From Octopus vulgaris (Eukaryota), in contig OX597820.1 in the NCBI GenBank assembly GCA_951406725.2, forward strand, positions 91,388,001 to 91,452,000: a stretch of DNA of 64,000 nucleotides. Direction: 5' to 3'. Under the pieces are notes generated by a model. It saw only the letters and a program-made list of their open reading frames with translations. It searched no databases and was not told the DNA's origin. Every line of letters starts with the position of its first letter. Within the stretch, counting starts at the first letter, position 1. The position numbers were made by a program, and so were the translations under genes. Shown here in pieces: positions 27,816 to 41,140 of this stretch.

Positions 27816-28163
27816 GAGTTTTAGCTCTCATTTCAATCATTCTAGTCGCATTTAGTTACAGTTTCCTTTCTCGTAAAACATTGCAAACGGAAAAAATGGA
27901 TTTACATACAGAAAAGTAAGTCCAAAATCTGCCGAAGTAGAGCGGTTCCTTACTCATGAGTGAGCGAAAATTGCCGAAACTGAATTCATTAACTGGAATT
28001 CTGGACCGGTATTTTCAGATGATTATAGTCCCTGTCTGTATATATGTATAAATTATCTGCTTTCACTACAGTATTAGAGCACTAGCAATGTAGGTGTTTC
28101 TAACACCCTAGTCACATTTAGAGACAATTATAGTTTTCCTCTTGGTAAAACATTGTTAACTGT

Positions 28164-28233
<70 letters not shown>

Positions 28234-29282
28234 TATATACATACACACACACACATATGGGAAGATAGGTAAATAATAGGCACTCACATTTGTTCATATA
28301 CATACTGACACTGTCACAAACTTATTATATGTTCTGTGTATGCGTGAGTGTCAACGTGTGTCTGGGTGCATGCGACCGCGGTAGTGCGTTGTTTTTTCTT
28401 GTTTTTTTTTTGTATCATGTGAAATGTTTGTTATAACATTTCCATTAAACTGACGAGTTCTTTTTCTATGATTCCTTCCACATATGTGTATCTCATTCAT
28501 CGAAAATCAATGGCATTTTAAATTAATATTTTCATTATTAATATAAAATCACTAAAATAAGATATGAAAGAAAGCGATATCACCAGATTTGTGACGATAT
28601 TTTTAGCGACGGGCTATTAAAAACTTATAGACTGCCATTATATTTATAGTCACTTTTGGAATATTAAATTGCATGGAACATCAAAGTGTGGTGGTGGATG
28701 AGCAGAAATATTAGAATAACATTTTACTTCACGTGTGCCGGCTGTCTAAGATTTTAGATGAAATCATACCGATTTGAAGCTTCGGTAACTGAAATCCCTC
28801 GTAAAAACATTTACTTTACCTGTTGTTTCTATTGGATCAAGTGCAGTGTAACAAGTGGTGCAACTAGAATTAGGTCGGCTACCTGAGAAGGAGTATATTC
28901 CTCAATGTCTGCAGGTATTCATGTTGTATTAAGAAATAAGTCTGGAGCCAGCAATTCGAAAAAATATGCAGAGATAAGGAGAAGGCCGTTTTAGAAAAGT
29001 AGGAGCTAAATGGGTGATTTGGTGTTCTGGGCGTGTTAGCCTAAAGAGAATGGTTTTTAACAATGAGCATACATATCCTGAAACAGCAAGGTATACACAC
29101 AACAGTTAAAGTTATGTGGTAATTTTACATCCTCTTCGATTTCTTTGATAGAAAAAGTTAACTTTATACGATTTTCACTGTGTGTCTTAATCTATATTTT
29201 TCTTATTTTTCACCCGTGAATCATTACGTAAGGCGGAGTTCTTAACGCAGACTGTCTGTATTTAAATAATAGATACATTTCA

Positions 29283-29321
<39 letters not shown>

Positions 29322-30888
29322 AAATAATATATATGCATATAATATATGGGTAGTCCTTTATTGTTCACACACACGGAGAAACACGCACACACATTTCTAT
29401 GTTTAACTAGTTGCCTGAATTAGCTTATAAATTTTGGCCAATTCAAAATACACTAAAAGGAAAAATACAGACAGTTAAGTGAAGTAATTATATTAGTTTA
29501 TATACGTTCTTCTACTGATATGCTTATATTAATGCCTTTAGTTGTATATTCTTTATCTTCGCAATTCATTTATATAAAAGTGAAAAAAGTAATACTGACT
29601 GCAAGTAAAGATATTTAGGACAGGAAACAAAAATTCAATATATATTTTATATATTTCCTTTTGTAGATTATACTTAAAAAATATCGGAAAAAAATGCAAT
29701 CAAATTTTATTTCAAAAACTGATTCAGTAAAAATAAGAATATTTATTGAAATGAAGATTGGTCATCTTTGAAATGCTCAGAGTATTGCAAATAGATTGCT
29801 TTAATATTAAATATCTAGAGTCAATGTCCATAAAAATTTTACTAAATTTATTGTTTGTGGAAGACTGAGTGAACACGGTATGTAGGTACACGTGGTATAC
29901 AAAACAACACATGTATGAATTCACACACACACACACAAATTTATATATATATATACGTAGTTGTATACATTTATAAATTTAATTGTGTATATAGAAATCA
30001 ATACCACCGAGCGTACAGAAACATTTACATATATAAGAATGCATAATTATTTATGTAGACATGATTATCAACACACATACGCATACACAGAATGTGTGTG
30101 CGTGGGGGTGTGCACACGTCTGTACACGTGTACATGTGTATGTGTGTATGTGTGTGTGTAAGTAGCTGTTGGTCTTTGTCGCCTGAATGACACGTGGCGT
30201 GCAACTGCGTAGAGATGTTTTCATTATTCAGCTGTTTCTACTAAATATCTTTATATTTCGAATGTTCTTTCCCGAGGCTGTTTTAAAATAATTCTGTTGG
30301 GCCTAATTATATGAATATATATTGTTCGGAATATCAATTTTGTTTACACCTCACTGATAATGTACAGATACGTACATATACACATGCTCTCGCAGACACC
30401 ACTTCACGCATGTATACATAAATACACACGGTTTTTGTATTGTACTAAAGATGTACAAATACGATACTAAAATTTTATGAATATAAAAACAATCTGCACT
30501 CCTCCATTTACCTTATCTAGAGTGCAGATACATTTTTATCATTTTATGAGGTAAAACAAATACAGATATTTGCAAAAATACAAAAATACGATAAACACTG
30601 AAACATACTGCGACTGTCAAGGGAAGGTGATAGAAAATAGAAAATGAATATCATTTATATATATGAGATATATATATCAATTTGTGGGTGTGAGATTCTT
30701 GTGTGTGTGTCTCTGAGTGTGTGAGTGCGTGTATGTGTCCGTGTATGTGTATGTGCTTCTGTGTAAGCGTGTGTGTGTGTATTTCTATGCAGTTACATCA
30801 GAATCTAATTCTTTATCTGTCCATCTTTCTGTCTGCCTGTCTGCCTCTCTCTCTTATTTCTAACAATACTGGTACTGACTTTAGTGAC

Positions 30889-30979
<91 letters not shown>

Positions 30980-31253
30980 GTATATATATACACATACATA
31001 CATACATACACACATGAATTGCTACTTGCTTGTTTCATACTTTTGCTTAATGGGACCGGGGTTATCCCAGGTTACTGGTCCAAAAGACATCATCATGCGT
31101 CATAAATATTTATGTATATATACATATTTTAATTGGATTTTTATATTTTATATTTTATATTTTCTATATATTTTTTAATTAATTTTATTTCTATGTATTG
31201 GCTTATGATTTTCACTGTTTGATTTGCCTAGTAGTGGTTTTATCTCTAATTTA

Positions 31254-31328
<75 letters not shown>

Positions 31329-31469
31329 TTGAGTAGTTGAATGAATTATCTTATTATGGATAATTCGGTTAACCGATACCTGGGTAGCAAATTCACGTCA
31401 GAAAAACACGGTTGAAACTACATGCATAGGGCAGAGATCATGTGCTTTCGTGTGGAAATTTGTGTGTTT

Positions 31470-31552
31470 TTTTCCTGATGAGAAGGCGGCATAATGCACC
31501 CCTTATTCCTTCGTAAGTAGGAATATGTAGCCTTCGAAACATATGTCGAAAA
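31470..31552 (+). ncRNA. Type I hammerhead ribozyme with intact catalytic core
   Basis: Stem I ttttc(31470-74)/gaaaa(31548-52); CTGATGA 31475-81; stem II gaaggc/gccttc; GAAA 31536-39; palindromic CATATG stem III; cleavage triplet GTC 31545-47. Confidence 0.8.
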
Positions 31553-31593
31553 TAAAGAAATTTTGTTAATTCGTCGTTCAACTCCATTCTTTC

Positions 31594-31642
<49 letters not shown>

Positions 31643-31645
<3 letters not shown>

Positions 31646-31735
31646 TCGAGTAGTAGTCGATCTGATGTGTAAGTTGACCCCCTATTTTGGGCCAGGATTT
31701 GCGAATTTTCCATAGTAATGTTGACTCTAGTATTT
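31643..31735. mobile_element. Possible pogo/Tigger-like terminal fragment
   Basis: tactcgagtagtagtcgatctgatgtgtaagttgacccc resembles the subterminal repeats of pogo-family ends. Only one end is seen. Confidence 0.35.
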
Positions 31736-31934
31736 CACAAAAGACATGACAACATTTGTGGGTGAATGTTCCGCATATTGTTCGTAAAAATAACACTGTT
31801 ACAAAATTGTCTGGCTACGTTACTGTAGCCTTCTCAATAGGTGGAATGCTTGGTGCTCATAATGGAATACTCGGTCTCCATTTAAAAGCGAGCACTACTC
31901 ATGTATTGATGGGTGCAACATCAACATTACTAAA

Positions 31935-32548
31935 ATGACTGGTTGTGCCATGAATTCGATTCCTACTCCTTACTCGAAGTTATTCCTGGTCGTTCGGGCG
32001 GTTTGAGGCTTTGCGTTGTCTTGCTGTAGAAGAGCACGTTCTCTGACTATAAAAGCTGGGTATTTTCGCTGCACAGTGGCATATATCTGCTCCAGCTGTA
32101 AAGATTGGCATCAGTGGTTTAGATACCCAGAACCTGCTCATGGTGAATTATCCACTCACAATTGCACCAAAATGAGAGCATAGCCTTATGTTCGACACGT
32201 TTATATTTGACGGCAAATTCTGGAAGATGGCTATTGCTTAATGTCTGTTAATGCTCGCTAAGTTTGTGGAAAAATATCTTCCACGTATTATTACTTTTTG
32301 TCCGCCCCATGGGTCACCTCCTGAACTAGCAACAAAAGATCGACGAAGAGTAGATAGAAGATTCAGTGAAGGAGTTTTTGTCCCGATTTGTTTGACAAAA
32401 AGAACTGGCATCAGCATGGCATCAAGGAAGTTGCAGAAATGTGGTTTCATACGGTGCAACGCAATGGCCTCTACTCTGAATGCTAGGTCGCTTTTGTTAT
32501 AATTAGACAAATACAGCAAGATACTAAAATATTGCAAAAGGTTTTACT
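31935..32548 (-). mobile_element. Decayed mariner transposase remnant
   Basis: - strand TTDANLY...RERALLQQDNAKPQTARTTRN (QDNA second catalytic Asp motif). Confidence 0.65.
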
Positions 32549-32599
32549 AACACGCTATGTATGTATATATATACATATAAATATATATATATATAAATA

Positions 32600-32683
32600 G
32601 GCGCAGGAGTGGCTGTGTGGTAAGTAGCTTGCTAACCAACCACATGGTTGAGGGTTCAGTCCCACTGCGTCGCATCTTGGGCA
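32600..32683 (+). mobile_element. 5' head only of SINE family B
   Basis: ggcgcaggagtggctgtgtggtaagtagcttgc...ggttcagtcccactgcgtcgcatcttgggca matches the head of the 15.6 kb copy. Confidence 0.85.
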
Positions 32684-33184
32684 TCGACAACAGATTGCAT
32701 TCTCAGAATACAGAATGATACCCTTTAGTGAGCACATTGAGAAATGCGCAAAGCAACTACTACCACAATTTTTAATCTTTCTATTTTACCAATGTGCTAT
32801 CGGAACACTAACACAAATTAGACTAAACAAGGAAACAGTCTTCATTGAAAAATACAAGCCCAAACTTAACCATTCCAACATTCTTATACAGACAAACTCA
32901 CTCCAAAAATAAAGGCAAGAAATATTAAGCGATTATCTCCCTTACACCGGAAGAAATCACTTATTACCTCCCCTTATCTGGAACACTCCTTCACTCTCCT
33001 TCACACTTCTCAAGGTAAACATAACGATGTAAGAGATTTGAAAAGCTGAACGCGAAACCGGTCAATTCTTCAAAAACTATGTCATTGTATGAAAACAATT
33101 TATAACATTCTTCAGACATAATGACTCAAATATATATTTTTTAACCTTTTAAAACAAGCCCTCTGTAGTTTTTTCACTTTTTAC

Positions 33185-33190
<6 letters not shown>
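32682..33190 (+). mobile_element. Penelope-like element 3' fragment: GIY-YIG C-terminus and tail with hammerhead remnant
   Basis: HRQQIAFSEYRMIPFSEHIEKC...RLNKETVFIEKYKPKLN, similar to the 49.2 kb copy. gc-tgaac-gc-GAAA-ccgg-TC at 33045-33063. Ends in (TA)n. Confidence 0.8.
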
Positions 33191-33278
<88 letters not shown>

Positions 33279-34145
33279 GATATATATATATAGATACATA
33301 TAGATATAGATATAGGTAGATAGATATATATTGAGATATCTTGCGTTGATCGAGACTTCAAAACTTTATCTGACGCTTTATGTAGTGGACGGGTTGAATG
33401 AATTGTCAAGTAAATTTTAAGCTTCCAGTGAATACGAATTTGTAATATACATATAAGTCTGAGCGTGTGTATATGTCTGCTAAACAAATTAAATTCTATC
33501 TCTACATTTTGATGGATACGGTGATATATTCATGCAATAAATCATCCATGCACCTGTAAAAATATTCAAATATTAAACCATATACGAGTCTAGAACGTTT
33601 ATGCAATAGGAGTGATTAGAATATAGATACATTGCTTAACTTCCATTTTCTTTATCTTAATGGACATAACGATTGAATATTTTTCAACTATGATCTTTCT
33701 GAACATCACAGTATCACTTTCAATATGTACATAACCAGTTCCGTTACCTAGCTCACACATAACTACTTTATTGTATTTCTAAGTTGCAAAATGTAATATT
33801 ATATGTTAATAATTTCAGTCGTGTAACTTTATGTGACAATAAAGTATTATATGTGATAATAGAAAATTATTACATATATTCATATAAGGCATATTATTTC
33901 TTTATTGTTATGCAAAGCAATTATATGTACATTGGTATCTGAGTCATCGAGTAGTTTCTATACAACTATCTGAACTTCCTCATCAATGCATCACTACATG
34001 TCTGATATACATAACTTCCACACACTTCCGGGTGGGAAAAAACCTTTTATTCAGATTCAAATGCTGAGAGTGGAGAATTAGTGTTAATCAAATTAAATTA
34101 CTGGATGTCCTATCTATCTGACTCTCCATATCGCATGTCCTTATT

Positions 34146-34172
34146 TGCATACATACATACATGTACATATAC

Positions 34173-34250
<78 letters not shown>

Positions 34251-34401
34251 ATATATGTATGTACATATGTCATATGTATGTATATATATATACATATATA
34301 TATATATACATATATATGTACATATGTATGTATATATATATATATATATATGTACATATGTATGTATATATATATATGTATATGTATGTACATATATGTA
34401 C

Positions 34402-34437
<36 letters not shown>

Positions 34438-34552
34438 GGAGAGAGATGTATATATATATATATATATATATAACTGTATATGTATGTATGTACATATATG
34501 TACATATATATGCATACATATATATATATATAGAGAGAGAGAGGGAGAGAGA

Positions 34553-34586
<34 letters not shown>

Positions 34587-34600
34587 TCGGGGTGAGTACT

Positions 34601-34638
<38 letters not shown>

Positions 34639-34643
34639 ACATA
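34146..34643. repeat. About 500-bp compound (TA)/(TATG)/(GA) microsatellite field with higher-order repetition
   Basis: Direct reading; the gagagagagggagaga block occurs twice. Confidence 0.95.
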
Positions 34644-35484
34644 CAAGTGTACTGAAGTCAGAAGATCCTGTTCTAAACAAGTTTTGTACTTTGAAATTTA
34701 TAAATGATTCACCTGAGAAATTTTTCAAAGCTTTTAAAATATACCTTGTACGTATCTTCTCATTAGTGTTCTATCAAAGTTCTTTTTACGATAGCTTAAG
34801 TCGGTTGCTAAGAAAACGACACATCTTTTACCGTTCCCGATGTTTGTAATTATGTAACTGAGTTGCTGTATTCGTTGAGATGTCGATACACGCAGCCAGG
34901 TGTGCGTATCTATTCATCTAAAGAATCTCAAATGTTGAGAATTTGAATCTTTTGAATATCCTACAAATCTTCATGGTGTTAACAGCCTGGTTTGGGATCA
35001 TTGGTACATTTTGGTATATTACTTTTCAACTGATGAAGCTTGCTGGCGTAATTACTTTCGTGAAAAATTTGCAAATATTGGGTATTTATTATTCCAATAT
35101 TAATAAATTTTCTTCACGGCGCTTATCAAGGGATCTTTCTCAGCCTTTCGGAAGTAATGATGTAGATATTTTGCACCTCGAAATCCCACTGGAAATTTTA
35201 TCGGTAGTTCTGTGATCTGAGATTGGTGACTCCAAATACTTTCGTCGCCATGGCATATGTATAGTACTTTTCCACATGGTATGTATGTCGCTGTTTCATT
35301 ACTGCTGTGATCTTTTGAAAAACTGGTTATTTCTCTATCAATTATTCAAACAAGATAACCATATCTTTTACCACGCTTGTTTTAAAGGCAAAAAATCATA
35401 GGGGATAGTATTCACTATCCGGCAAAAGGAATAGTTCTTTATGCTAACGTGTCTGAATTCGACACCATGTTTTGTATCTATGTT

Positions 35485-35538
<54 letters not shown>

Positions 35539-35970
35539 CACGCATACATATACATACATATATAAATGCATCTCTCTCTCTCTCTCTCTTTCTCTCGGAA
35601 CACACACACATACATAAATACTAGTGATATTGTTATCGCTGTTGTCATAGCCATTACTAGCGTCATCATCATTAACATCTGAATCGTACTGCCATAGCAT
35701 TCAGGAAAAGGTGAGCGTTGCGTAGAAAATGAGTGTGTAACGACTACTTTGAGATTAGGATATGATCAAATCATCCGAGAGGTGCAGAGGCAGTGATCAT
35801 TTAGTATAGGCTGGGTTTGACAAAGAGAAAGAAAATGAGAACTTAGTTTCTGTGTATTTGTTAAAGATGCATGTAGTGAATTTGACTAAATGCTTCTATC
35901 TCTGCACCGCTGTGTGTGTGTGAGAGAGAGAGAGAATTTACGTTTATAAATAAGCACACACAGTAGAATT

Positions 35971-36155
35971 AGTGGTGGTGGTGGTAGTAGTTGTTGTTGT
36001 GGTGGTGGTGGTAGTAGTTGTTGTGGTGGTGGTGGTGGTCGTCGTCATCGTCGCCGTGATGGTCGTGATGGTAGTAGTAGTAGTAGTAGTAAGTAGCTGT
36101 TGTTGTTTTAGTGACGTAGTAGTAGTATTAGTAGTAGTAGTAGTAGTAGTAGTAG
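35971..36155. repeat. Compound (GTG/GTA/GTT/GTC)n trinucleotide repeat
   Basis: Direct reading of the sequence. Confidence 0.95.
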
Positions 36156-36239
36156 AAAAGAGCACTACAATAACTTTACATTCGAGGGAGGTCATAGCAT
36201 CAAATCAGGTTACTCACATATTGCCTAAAATAAACAACG

Positions 36240-37340
36240 GGTAGCAACAGGTCCGGATAAGATTCTACACTTCTGGTTCAAGCATCCTCTGTGTAAAGAT
36301 CAATTCCATATCAACAAGTCAAGACTGATGATTAGAGTGTGAGGGAGAAAGGTTTGGACATGGCATGAATTGTTTACCAGAAGGTTTTGACAGTATTCCT
36401 TATCAATGAATCTTGCAAACACTAATCATAAATAAGGTAGTGCCAGCAATAAGATACAGGAAACACATTATGACCAAATGACAGATAAGTTTGAAGATAT
36501 AAGTGAAAGAGGGAATCATCGAATCTAAATCCATGTATGTCTTTCTTATGTATCTCCTCTTCCCGTTAATTCTTCTGTCTAGCTTTAAATCTTTAGTCAA
36601 CGTGTTATGGTAAAATAAATAGCCTCCTTTTGAATATTGAAAAATATTGAAGAACTGAAGGAGTGCGCTGCAACTGTAAAACGTATTGAAAATGTACCAG
36701 AGAAATTCGAATTAGAAAAACACGCCAAGATAAACTAAAAAGAGTAAAATTTATTTTGATCACTAATATCATGAGACATGAAGTATACCGAAATAAGTGA
36801 CTTAGATCAGACACAGTCATACACTTATCTAAGAGTCAATGAATCAAACCGTGTATAATACACAAAAGGTGAAGAAAACTAGAAACTACCAAAAGCAGAT
36901 TCTGTAACTGCAGAACTGTTCAAGAAATAAACAAGCAGGTTGTCTGTGTTTGCCCAGTTTTAGCCAAGAACATTACATGAACAAGATTTAGAAAATCTGG
37001 ACACAAAAACAGGCCTCGGTGAATAATAAAGCAACTGTATTCTGAGATATACCAATACACTGAGACAGAGAGATCAAGGTTAACCGAAGATTTATTGTTG
37101 TAAGGACCACAACGAAAGCAAATTGCTCTTATTCAAAGTATCAATCTCAACGGATGATAAAAGAATAGAAAAACACAGAGCAACCATGCTATGGATTATA
37201 CCGCCAAAGGCAAAGAGATCAATAGTAACAGACCGGATATTGTTGTCACGGAGGTCCGGAGAATAGTTCCTTTTTAATCAGCCCCAGCTGACGAAAATGC
37301 ATTCTTCAAGGAAATGGAGAATGTATTCAAATTAATAGAT
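36240..37340 (+). mobile_element. Old R4/Dong-type LINE remnant
   Basis: LDMA*IVYQK/DSIPYQ*ILQTL (RT motif, about 36355-36425) and TMLW...KEINSNRPDIVV (endonuclease PD motif, about 37183-37250). Confidence 0.6.
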
Positions 37341-37599
37341 AAGCATATGAAAATAGAAATATAATCGCTGTTACAAATATGGGGGGGGAAATGAAACGAA
37401 ACCTGCTTGCTTGCAAGACAACTTATATCGCAGGTTATGACATAAGGTGTCTTGGAAATGAATTAAAATTCAAACAAAATATAAGCTAGGTATAGTATTA
37501 GAACAAATAAATAGTAACTAAGGTACACAGGCTTTCTCTCGAATGTGCAGCGAAACACTGCTATGATGGAGAAATTTAACATTGATCTGGTGCCTATGT

Positions 37600-38100
37600 A
37601 TTCCAACAACTGTATCCCTTAATCCGTGGCTGTTCATGGAAAGAAATTATAATATATCTTATTGACTGATATCAAGTAGACGTATTGCCTATATCTAAGA
37701 ATGAAATGCCATGTAGCGTGAGGCACATCATTGAATTTTCACAGCTCCTAATCTCAATAAGATGTGTAAAACTTTACTCTTATACTTGCCGTATTTCACT
37801 GAAATTCACGAAGGATTTGCTGCTTCTACGTAGCTCTGTGTTGCACATTTTGTCGTCGTTTATCACATACTAGATCTTATTGAACCTTTCCATATCCTTG
37901 CAGCCTTGACATTTTCTATAAACATGTAGCAAGAGCCTTAACTCACTCTCAGAAAGCCTCTACTAATCAACGTGTCATACTGGATGTTGTCACAAGAAGG
38001 ATCTGCCTTCGTATATATTCAGAAAAAGGAACTGGTGGAACACTCCTAACCCTAGATTGACCTAGAGACCAATACAGTTGAAGAAATAATCTATCAAAAT
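37600..38100 (-). mobile_element. Very decayed CR1/L2-like RT remnant
   Basis: The - strand near 38010-38070 loosely resembles the QGSVLGPxLFxxYI motif. Heavily frameshifted. Confidence 0.25.
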
Positions 38101-38197
38101 TAATAACTACGAATCTGTCACTAAGCATCATATAAGACAAATAATACCAGATTACAGGTGTGCATAACACACAATATCTTCCTTGATTGGGTTAACC

Positions 38198-38240
<43 letters not shown>

Positions 38241-38991
38241 TTGTTATCATTTATATAACTCATGAAACTCTAAATGTATTTGTATTTTAAACATTTCGAT
38301 TGAATTTACTGAAACTTTTACGTCTTCACAAATTTTGATGAGTTTAAAATTCAAAAGGAATATCATGTACGTGAGTTTAATTTCCTTTCACTTTTAAAAA
38401 CAATAAAAATATTAAAGTTGTAGCTTTCTGCACTACTACACCAAATCGTACTTATGCAAAAAAATTACATCGTTCTAGTATTTAAGCATATTTCTCTCAG
38501 TATAATATCGTCGTCTATCTCCCAGGTCTACTTTCAACTCAATTTCAGTGCATATTTCATTTAGAAATAATCTGAATTGAAAAATATTTCTTCCGTAAAT
38601 GTGAACGTAAAGAAAATGATACTATTAACACAACGTATTAAAACACAAAGTACTTATCGATGGCTCTGATTTTCACGCTAAATAACTCAGATTAATTTCA
38701 CTGCTCTTCACAGAACACTTAGCTCCGCAAATCTTGAAACACTACATTCACATATACACACACACACATGTAAAAGCAGAGGGTACAGAGTTTTCTTTAC
38801 AGTTTAAGTCTGAGACAGTCCAACTGCGTCAAGTAGAAATGTTCATTCAATGATAACAGTTTTCACATATTCATCCGCTATTTAGTGATTTTAATTTCAT
38901 TGTTACTTCCTTGGTAGTGTTTTTCTTTCTTTTCTAAATTCTTTTCGTTCAGTTAACTGAAAATGTGTTTATATGGGAGTGTGTGTGTGTA

Positions 38992-39030
<39 letters not shown>

Positions 39031-39031
<1 letters not shown>

Positions 39032-39420
39032 TAGCAGTATCGCCCGGCGTTGCTCGGGTTTGTAAGGGAAATAACTATATAAGCATTTTTAGAGATGTAA
39101 AGTATAATAGCCATCTCAATATGGCTAACCACAAAGGGGGGATGTTACTGTAGCTTTTTACGTTCTGAGATTTAATAATACATTTTTAGAGAGTTACTTC
39201 CCTTATATATGCCAAAAATGCATTAAAAATAGGAAAAATTGATGGTAAATTATTTTTAAAATCGTAGACTCATCGTAGATGCGCGCTAATACCCAGAAGG
39301 GCTCGATATGAATCACAACTATAAAATACCCGGTTTTGGATAAACTGCACCGCAAAATGTGGGAGTAGTTAGGAATCTAAATCGTAGGAGACAGACACAC
39401 AACTTCACTTTTATATATAG

Positions 39421-39424
<4 letters not shown>
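39031..39424 (-). mobile_element. Non-autonomous Helitron (394 bp)
   Basis: - strand 5' TC(tctcctatatataaaag); 3' hairpin cccgagcaacgccggg (39043-39058) followed by CTAG (39031-39034). Inserted between A and T within (TA)n, no TSD. Confidence 0.85.
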
Positions 39425-39457
<33 letters not shown>

Positions 39458-40407
39458 ATATATATATATATATACACACACGCACGAGCACACACACACA
39501 CCTTGTCCAGTATAGAGCTTTGTGATGTGATATTAAGAAATAACCCCCGCCAAAAAAAAAAGATGAAGTTACTCCTTTCATTTCAGCTCTACCTCACCTG
39601 GTTCATACACACTATTTTAGTTTATTTCAAAGTACTAACATATTGTATTGCTATAATTGGATTTAGGACATTTAATTTTATACATAATTGACAGAATGCT
39701 ACCTGTTAAAAATGGAGGAATAAAAATATAGCTTTGCTCTTAGGGAAAATGAAATGTTTTAAATATTGTTAAAACTATCTATTGGGCATTTATTTCTGGC
39801 AAAATAACTGAATGTAATTGAAAAACAGCGTGCAAATATATAAACAGCACAATTATATTTATTCTACAGTCTACAATAAAGCGGTTTAATACATAAGACA
39901 TACGAAATCTAGTGTTAATAATTCTGCATAAATTTATAGCAATGTCATAGAAATCGTATATAAAGATCTTATTCATAGTTTCTGCTTGGAATTCATGAAA
40001 CGTATATGCAGAGTATATAAGCGTGGTTGTTTATTCAAAAAGTGAGTTCATATTAATTCAGCATTATACCATATTTTATTTAAATATTTTTTTCAGTCGT
40101 GAGGAGGCATACATGTTAATTTGTCACTACCGTCGGGATTTCACTCAAAATACTTCAATTTTCTCTTGATTTTATTCAAAATACTATATAATTATTATAT
40201 ATTCTTTAGTTAATATGCTCTGATAGTCATTAACCCGCGTCTTAAAATATGCAGCGTTGTGTTTCTTGCATGACAATAATATCTGAAAATTATAAGCAAC
40301 TAAAGCAGAACTAACTTAGCTATCTACGTATCATGCGTAATATATCTATATCGTTAAGAGGCAAGCTAATGCAGTGTTCGTCTAGAAACAACATCTCTTA
40401 TGGATTA

Positions 40408-40960
40408 TGTTTAAAAACAGAACATATAAATGAGGAGGATGAAAATCGCCTCAGCAGAGGCTAACCAAAAAGCCAGATTCATATCAACCTCTCCTATCCG
40501 ATATATATTGTCGCTTTAAAAGCAGCATATCCATAGGATATTATTTCTGGACTAATAGCACAGTAAATTGATTATGAACAATGTGTATGCATTAAGTATT
40601 ATACATAGTTGATTGTTTAATCATACAGCTGTGTATACCGGGCTTTTATTAAGCTGAGCAGCTGTTCGTAGTACATTTGAAAGTTCAATTCATTGTTTTG
40701 TATAATATACTGGGGGTGATAACTGTCGTCTAGGTATGTGGATGGTGCTGAATATACGCTCTTGATGAGGCTTAACTAGACCGAAATACATCGAGCACTT
40801 GCGCTAGCTGCTGCTGTGCCGCATTTCGTGTCCTTCCATTATATATATATATTATGTTTAGAAACAGAGCATATATGAGAGGAAGACGAAAACCGCCTGA
40901 GCAGCGGCCAACCAGAAAGCCAGATTCATATCAAACTCCCCTATCCGATATACATTGTCT
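40408..40960 (+). repeat. Two diverged copies (40408-40512 and 40854-40960) of an about 105-bp interspersed repeat
   Basis: Shared atgttta.aaacaga.catat...cgcct.agcag.ggc.aacca.aaagccagattcatatcaa....cctatccgatata.attgtc. Confidence 0.8.
40758..40796 (+). ncRNA. Minimal type I hammerhead-like motif (C3U variant)
   Basis: gctc-TTGATGA-ggcttaactagacc-GAAA-taca-TC-gagc: 4-bp stem I, weak stem II, triplet ATC. Confidence 0.55.
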
Positions 40961-41140
40961 GTCTTGTTGCCTGTCTCGCTTCTCTATTTGTTTCTTTCGT
41001 TGTTGGAAAAAAAGTTTTCTGTTTTCTGTGTTTTTGTTTTTTATGTTCTCGTTTCTTATTTTGTTGTGCTTTTTATGTCCTGTACTCATATATGCATGTA
41101 TATATACATATAAATGTAAGCATGTACATATTTATCGGAT

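Noticed and set aside
27862-27915. 54-nt possible exon ending at GTAAGT
   Set aside because: Poor polypyrimidine tract, adjacent to a microsatellite, and an unrecognisable peptide.
34081-34728. Long ORFs of YIYI/VCVC/THTH type here and throughout the window
   Set aside because: They are translations of dinucleotide and tetranucleotide microsatellites that lack stop codons.
35944-36244. Poly-Thr (mucin-like) and poly-Val ORFs
   Set aside because: Trinucleotide microsatellite with no convincing splice sites or flanking coding signal.
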